Of a stretch of 64,000 nt of DNA, positions 61,032 to 64,000 are shown piece by piece (position 1 is the first letter of the stretch; every line of letters begins with the position of its first letter). The notes under the pieces were generated by a model. The model ran no database searches. It was not told where the DNA came from and was given only the letters and a program-made list of their open reading frames with translations. A program made the translations under genes and the position numbers. Source of the stretch: Nitrospira sp. (GTDB lineage Bacteria > Nitrospirota > Nitrospiria > Nitrospirales > Nitrospiraceae). Location of the stretch: NCBI GenBank assembly GCA_047150005.1, contig AP038806.1:320001-384000 (forward strand), read 5' to 3'.

Positions 61032-62030
61032 CTAAGGTCTTCCAATAGTTCGTATCGCCTCAACAACCCGTGTCGGCAAGAACGAGCAACACCAATAGAG
61101 CCATGTCTTAGGGACAAAAGGCTTCGCCCGGATCGCAGCTGAGAAATGCCGTCTGGCTTCGTGAAACTGATTGCGCCCGAAATGGTTCCAACCAGCTTCC
61201 CACGCATGTCTGCCTAGTATGTCCTTCAGGAGCTTCAGATGCTGAGCAGGCACCCACTCCATTCGTCGGTGCTTTTCACGCACCGCCATATGAGTTTCAA
61301 GCCAGCGCAGTGCCCGAACGTCCTCTCCTCCCGACAACCCATCATCATGGACACGGTATCTACACAACACCTTATCGACAAAGATCATTGGATACGATCT
61401 TGCGATTCGCAACCACAGATCGTAATCCTCTCCCACCTTGAAGTTTTCATCGAAGAGGCCCTGCTCCTCCACTGCCTTGCGCCGAGCTAGGACGGACGAC
61501 GTATTCATGCAGTCTTGAATCAAGAGTTGGGAGTATAAGTTGCCATAGTACCAACCAGGCAGGTCTGAAACATGAGAACGACGCCACTCCTTCAGCATGT
61601 CTCGGTTCATGGCCGCCTGAATGACGGTGCTGTCTCGGAACATCATCGTGTCCGTAAAAACGAGGGCGGCCTGAGGAAATTTTCGCAAGGCGGATACCTG
61701 CACCGACAGTTTGTCCGGAAGCCACTCATCATCTGCATCCAAAAACGCGATGAACTCGCCTCGGGCTTGGCGAATCCCGAGATTTCTGGCCGCGGAGACA
61801 CCACGGGACTCTTGATACATGTAACGAACCCTGGCATCGGCTTTCCTGGTGATCGCGGCACATAAATCATCAGTGGAGCTATCGACCAAGAGTATCTCAA
61901 TTGCGACGCCCTGTTGATCAAGCGCGCTGGTCAATGCCTGCTGAAGATATTCCACGCAGTTATAAATCGGAATGACGACACTCACCGTAGGAACAGTCAT
62001 TTTCTCCTTACCTTCCGCAACCGACGGCAT
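61032..62030 (-). CDS. Glycosyltransferase family 2
   Basis: VSVVIPIYN, SAARNLG, FLDADD, EDYDLWLR. Confidence 0.93.
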   Translation of the reverse strand: MPSVAEGKEKMTVPTVSVVIPIYNCVEYLQQALTSALDQQGVAIEILLVDSSTDDLCAAITRKADARVRYMYQESRGVSAARNLGIRQARGEFIAFLDADDEWLPDKLSVQVSALRKFPQAALVFTDTMMFRDSTVIQAAMNRDMLKEWRRSHVSDLPGWYYGNLYSQLLIQDCMNTSSVLARRKAVEEQGLFDENFKVGEDYDLWLRIARSYPMIFVDKVLCRYRVHDDGLSGGEDVRALRWLETHMAVREKHRRMEWVPAQHLKLLKDILGRHAWEAGWNHFGRNQFHEARRHFSAAIRAKPFVPKTWLYWCCSFLPTRVVEAIRTIGRP

Positions 62031-62144
62031 ATGACCGTTATGGATGCTGCTTATCGACCTTCGTCGGATGAGGCAGGTTTTAATCCAAAATGATCATCAA
62101 TTTACATGCCTTGTGCGGACAAGCGGGAACGACAGCGACTCTTC

Positions 62145-63053
62145 TCACTTCATTCTGACGAAGCGTCCAAAACTCACCCTGGCATCAATGAGTTCCCGAA
62201 TCCACACCTCCGGCGGCGAAGTCAGCCGGTGAAACCTGTACTTGAGTTCAGCCGTGATGATCTGTCTCCAGAGCCATCTGGGTTTCCCGAGAATGGTAGG
62301 ACCCTCCCACGCCGGCTCTTTCATAGCAAGGTACTGACCGTAGCCCAGGTAGTAGTCCCTGAGATAGCGTGTGGTCATGCGTTCAGGTGGAACATAGTGA
62401 CGGACGCCTGCGCCCGGCACCCACCACCCGGCATTCCCTTCCGTAAGGAGTTTGTTCACAAGGTCTATCTCTTCCCCCCGGATGCTGCTCCCCGGTCGAA
62501 GCCCCAATCGCGCGTCATACAGATTGCGCTGTTGCTCATTGGTTCGTACCACGAAGTTGGCGCCGTACGGCGTACGCTTGCGTCCGTCAAACTGGACCGG
62601 CTCCGGACCGAGATCCCGGATGGCGTACGCGTCGGCTACACGCGGCCATACCTGCTCAAGCCAAGTCGGAGGGGTCTCAACGAACCAGGGGGTTATCGGG
62701 CCTCCGAACACCGCCGCTTCAGGCCATCGTTGAAACGCCTTCGTATAATTAGCGATCCACTTTTCGTCCACCAGCACATCATCGTCCGTCCATAGAATAT
62801 ACTGGCCTTTCGCTTCGCGCACAGCGGCATTTCTTGCGTTGGACTGACCTGGTTTCGCTTCAAATAACAGGCGGACCGGCAGTCTTGAGACAAACGAGTC
62901 GACCACATGATCGGTGTCGTCCGTACAATTGTTATTGACGACCAATAGTTCCCACTCGACCCCCCCAGGGATGTCCAACTTGGTCATCTGCTCCAGACAT
63001 TGTCGAAGCAACCTGCTCCGATTCCAGGTACACACAGCAACGGTCAGCAGCAT
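62145..63053 (-). CDS. Glycosyltransferase family 2
   Basis: VAVCTWNR, NNNCTD, WTDDDV, GANF, GEE. Confidence 0.92.
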   Translation of the reverse strand: MLLTVAVCTWNRSRLLRQCLEQMTKLDIPGGVEWELLVVNNNCTDDTDHVVDSFVSRLPVRLLFEAKPGQSNARNAAVREAKGQYILWTDDDVLVDEKWIANYTKAFQRWPEAAVFGGPITPWFVETPPTWLEQVWPRVADAYAIRDLGPEPVQFDGRKRTPYGANFVVRTNEQQRNLYDARLGLRPGSSIRGEEIDLVNKLLTEGNAGWWVPGAGVRHYVPPERMTTRYLRDYYLGYGQYLAMKEPAWEGPTILGKPRWLWRQIITAELKYRFHRLTSPPEVWIRELIDARVSFGRFVRMK

Positions 63054-63180
63054 GCCGGGGCTCCTACCATTCAGATGAGTTTGCGTTCAAAGGCAGCAAC
63101 TAAGAAAAATATTCTATAGCAAATGATCGTGCAGTCAACTGATGGAATAGACACGCCCCGCCCGTCACAAGCACAAACAG

Positions 63181-64000
63181 CTATCTCAGGGTTCCACGGA
63201 AAGTGCCGACGATACGGTCGACGGCTTTCTCCCAGGAATACCACTCGGAGGCGAGCGCGAGAGCGCCCTGGTGGAGACGGTCTTTCAGGTCCGGGGTATC
63301 CATAATCGCCAAAATTGCGGCAGCCATCGACTCCGGAGACTTGGGAGGACAGAGAAAGACGTTCTCTCGATCAATAAACGGATCTTCAACCATCGAACCT
63401 TTCGTCGCAATGATGGGGAGCCCGTGGGCCGCGGCAGCAGCAAAGGAGCTATTGTTCAAAAAGATGCCGTGGTCGGAGGCAAACACACAGGTGTCGGCGG
63501 CTCGAAGAAAGAGAGACGCTTCGTCGCTGTCGGTCGCATATTCCCCTATCCAGATAATTTTTTGCTGAATGCCCAATTGCTCGGGCAATTCACGCAGTTC
63601 CCGAGCGTAGAACGGACGTTCGGGATATTCACGGTCTAGTATTCCGCCGATCACGATCAGCCGCGTGTTGCTTCGTTGGTTGCTGACGAGTTGGAAAGCT
63701 TTGAAGAGAGTTTCCACTCCCTTTGATGGATAGATGTAGCCGAAATAGGCCACCAAGAAATCATCCGATGCGATGCCGAGCTTTTCACGGTACCGATGTC
63801 TGGAGATCCCGCCATCCTCCGGGGACATCCGGAGCAAGGGTGGAGGAGGAACTAGGACGCTTTTTGCCTGCACGTCCGGCCCGTGAAGCATCAATCTGAT
63901 GCGGTGATGGTTGCTTAACACGATCACGGCATCACTGTCTCGCAGCAGAGATCCGAACTCGTAATCGACATCTCTTGGGCCTGCCCATTGTTGAACGGCT
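63181..64000 (-). CDS. Glycosyltransferase family 4 (5' end outside the window)
   Basis: YFGYIYPSKG, AAAAHGLPIIAT, YSWE; the frame appears open to the window edge. Confidence 0.85.
   Translation of the reverse strand, partial: AVQQWAGPRDVDYEFGSLLRDSDAVIVLSNHHRIRLMLHGPDVQAKSVLVPPPPLLRMSPEDGGISRHRYREKLGIASDDFLVAYFGYIYPSKGVETLFKAFQLVSNQRSNTRLIVIGGILDREYPERPFYARELRELPEQLGIQQKIIWIGEYATDSDEASLFLRAADTCVFASDHGIFLNNSSFAAAAAHGLPIIATKGSMVEDPFIDRENVFLCPPKSPESMAAAILAIMDTPDLKDRLHQGALALASEWYSWEKAVDRIVGTFRGTLR

Overview
Chromosomal window from a high-GC bacterium, most likely Nitrospira (inferred from gene content, protein style and an intergenic hairpin repeat; no marker gene is present). Most genes are on the minus strand. 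(1) 1-9.8 kb: pyrimidine operon pyrR-pyrB-pyrC-DUF4149-carA-sppA-M48 peptidase-carB. It has a clear sigma70 promoter, a PyrR binding loop and an attenuator terminator, with a MITE-like inverted repeat between the attenuator and pyrR. (2) 10-13.3 kb: a 594-aa hypothetical protein and proA. (3) 13.4-25.3 kb: a nucleotide-sugar dehydrogenase followed by a hybrid type II secretion / type IV filament cluster (TPR secretin, two GspG-like pseudopilins, LysM lipoprotein, GspF, GspE, PilM/N/O/P-like, GspK-like). (4) 25.7-30.9 kb, plus strand: two secreted proteins with near-identical sigma54-type promoters. One carries about 9 nucleotide-identical 306-bp BACON/Ig-like repeats, a 5-bp frameshift and a terminal FN3 domain that seems to lack strand A. 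The other is a jelly-roll/lyase-like protein ending in an isolated FN3 strand-A motif. (5) 31-64 kb: a large exopolysaccharide synthesis and decoration cluster (GT2, GT4, GT-C, AsnB, MBOAT/SGNH, Wzy/ligase, LMW-PTP, ATP-grasp, FemAB-like, DegT, UDP-xylose synthase, NodU carbamoyltransferase with SxtJ/SxtK-like partners). An IS5-family element truncates a sugar methyltransferase in this cluster. No rRNA, tRNA or CRISPR array was seen.
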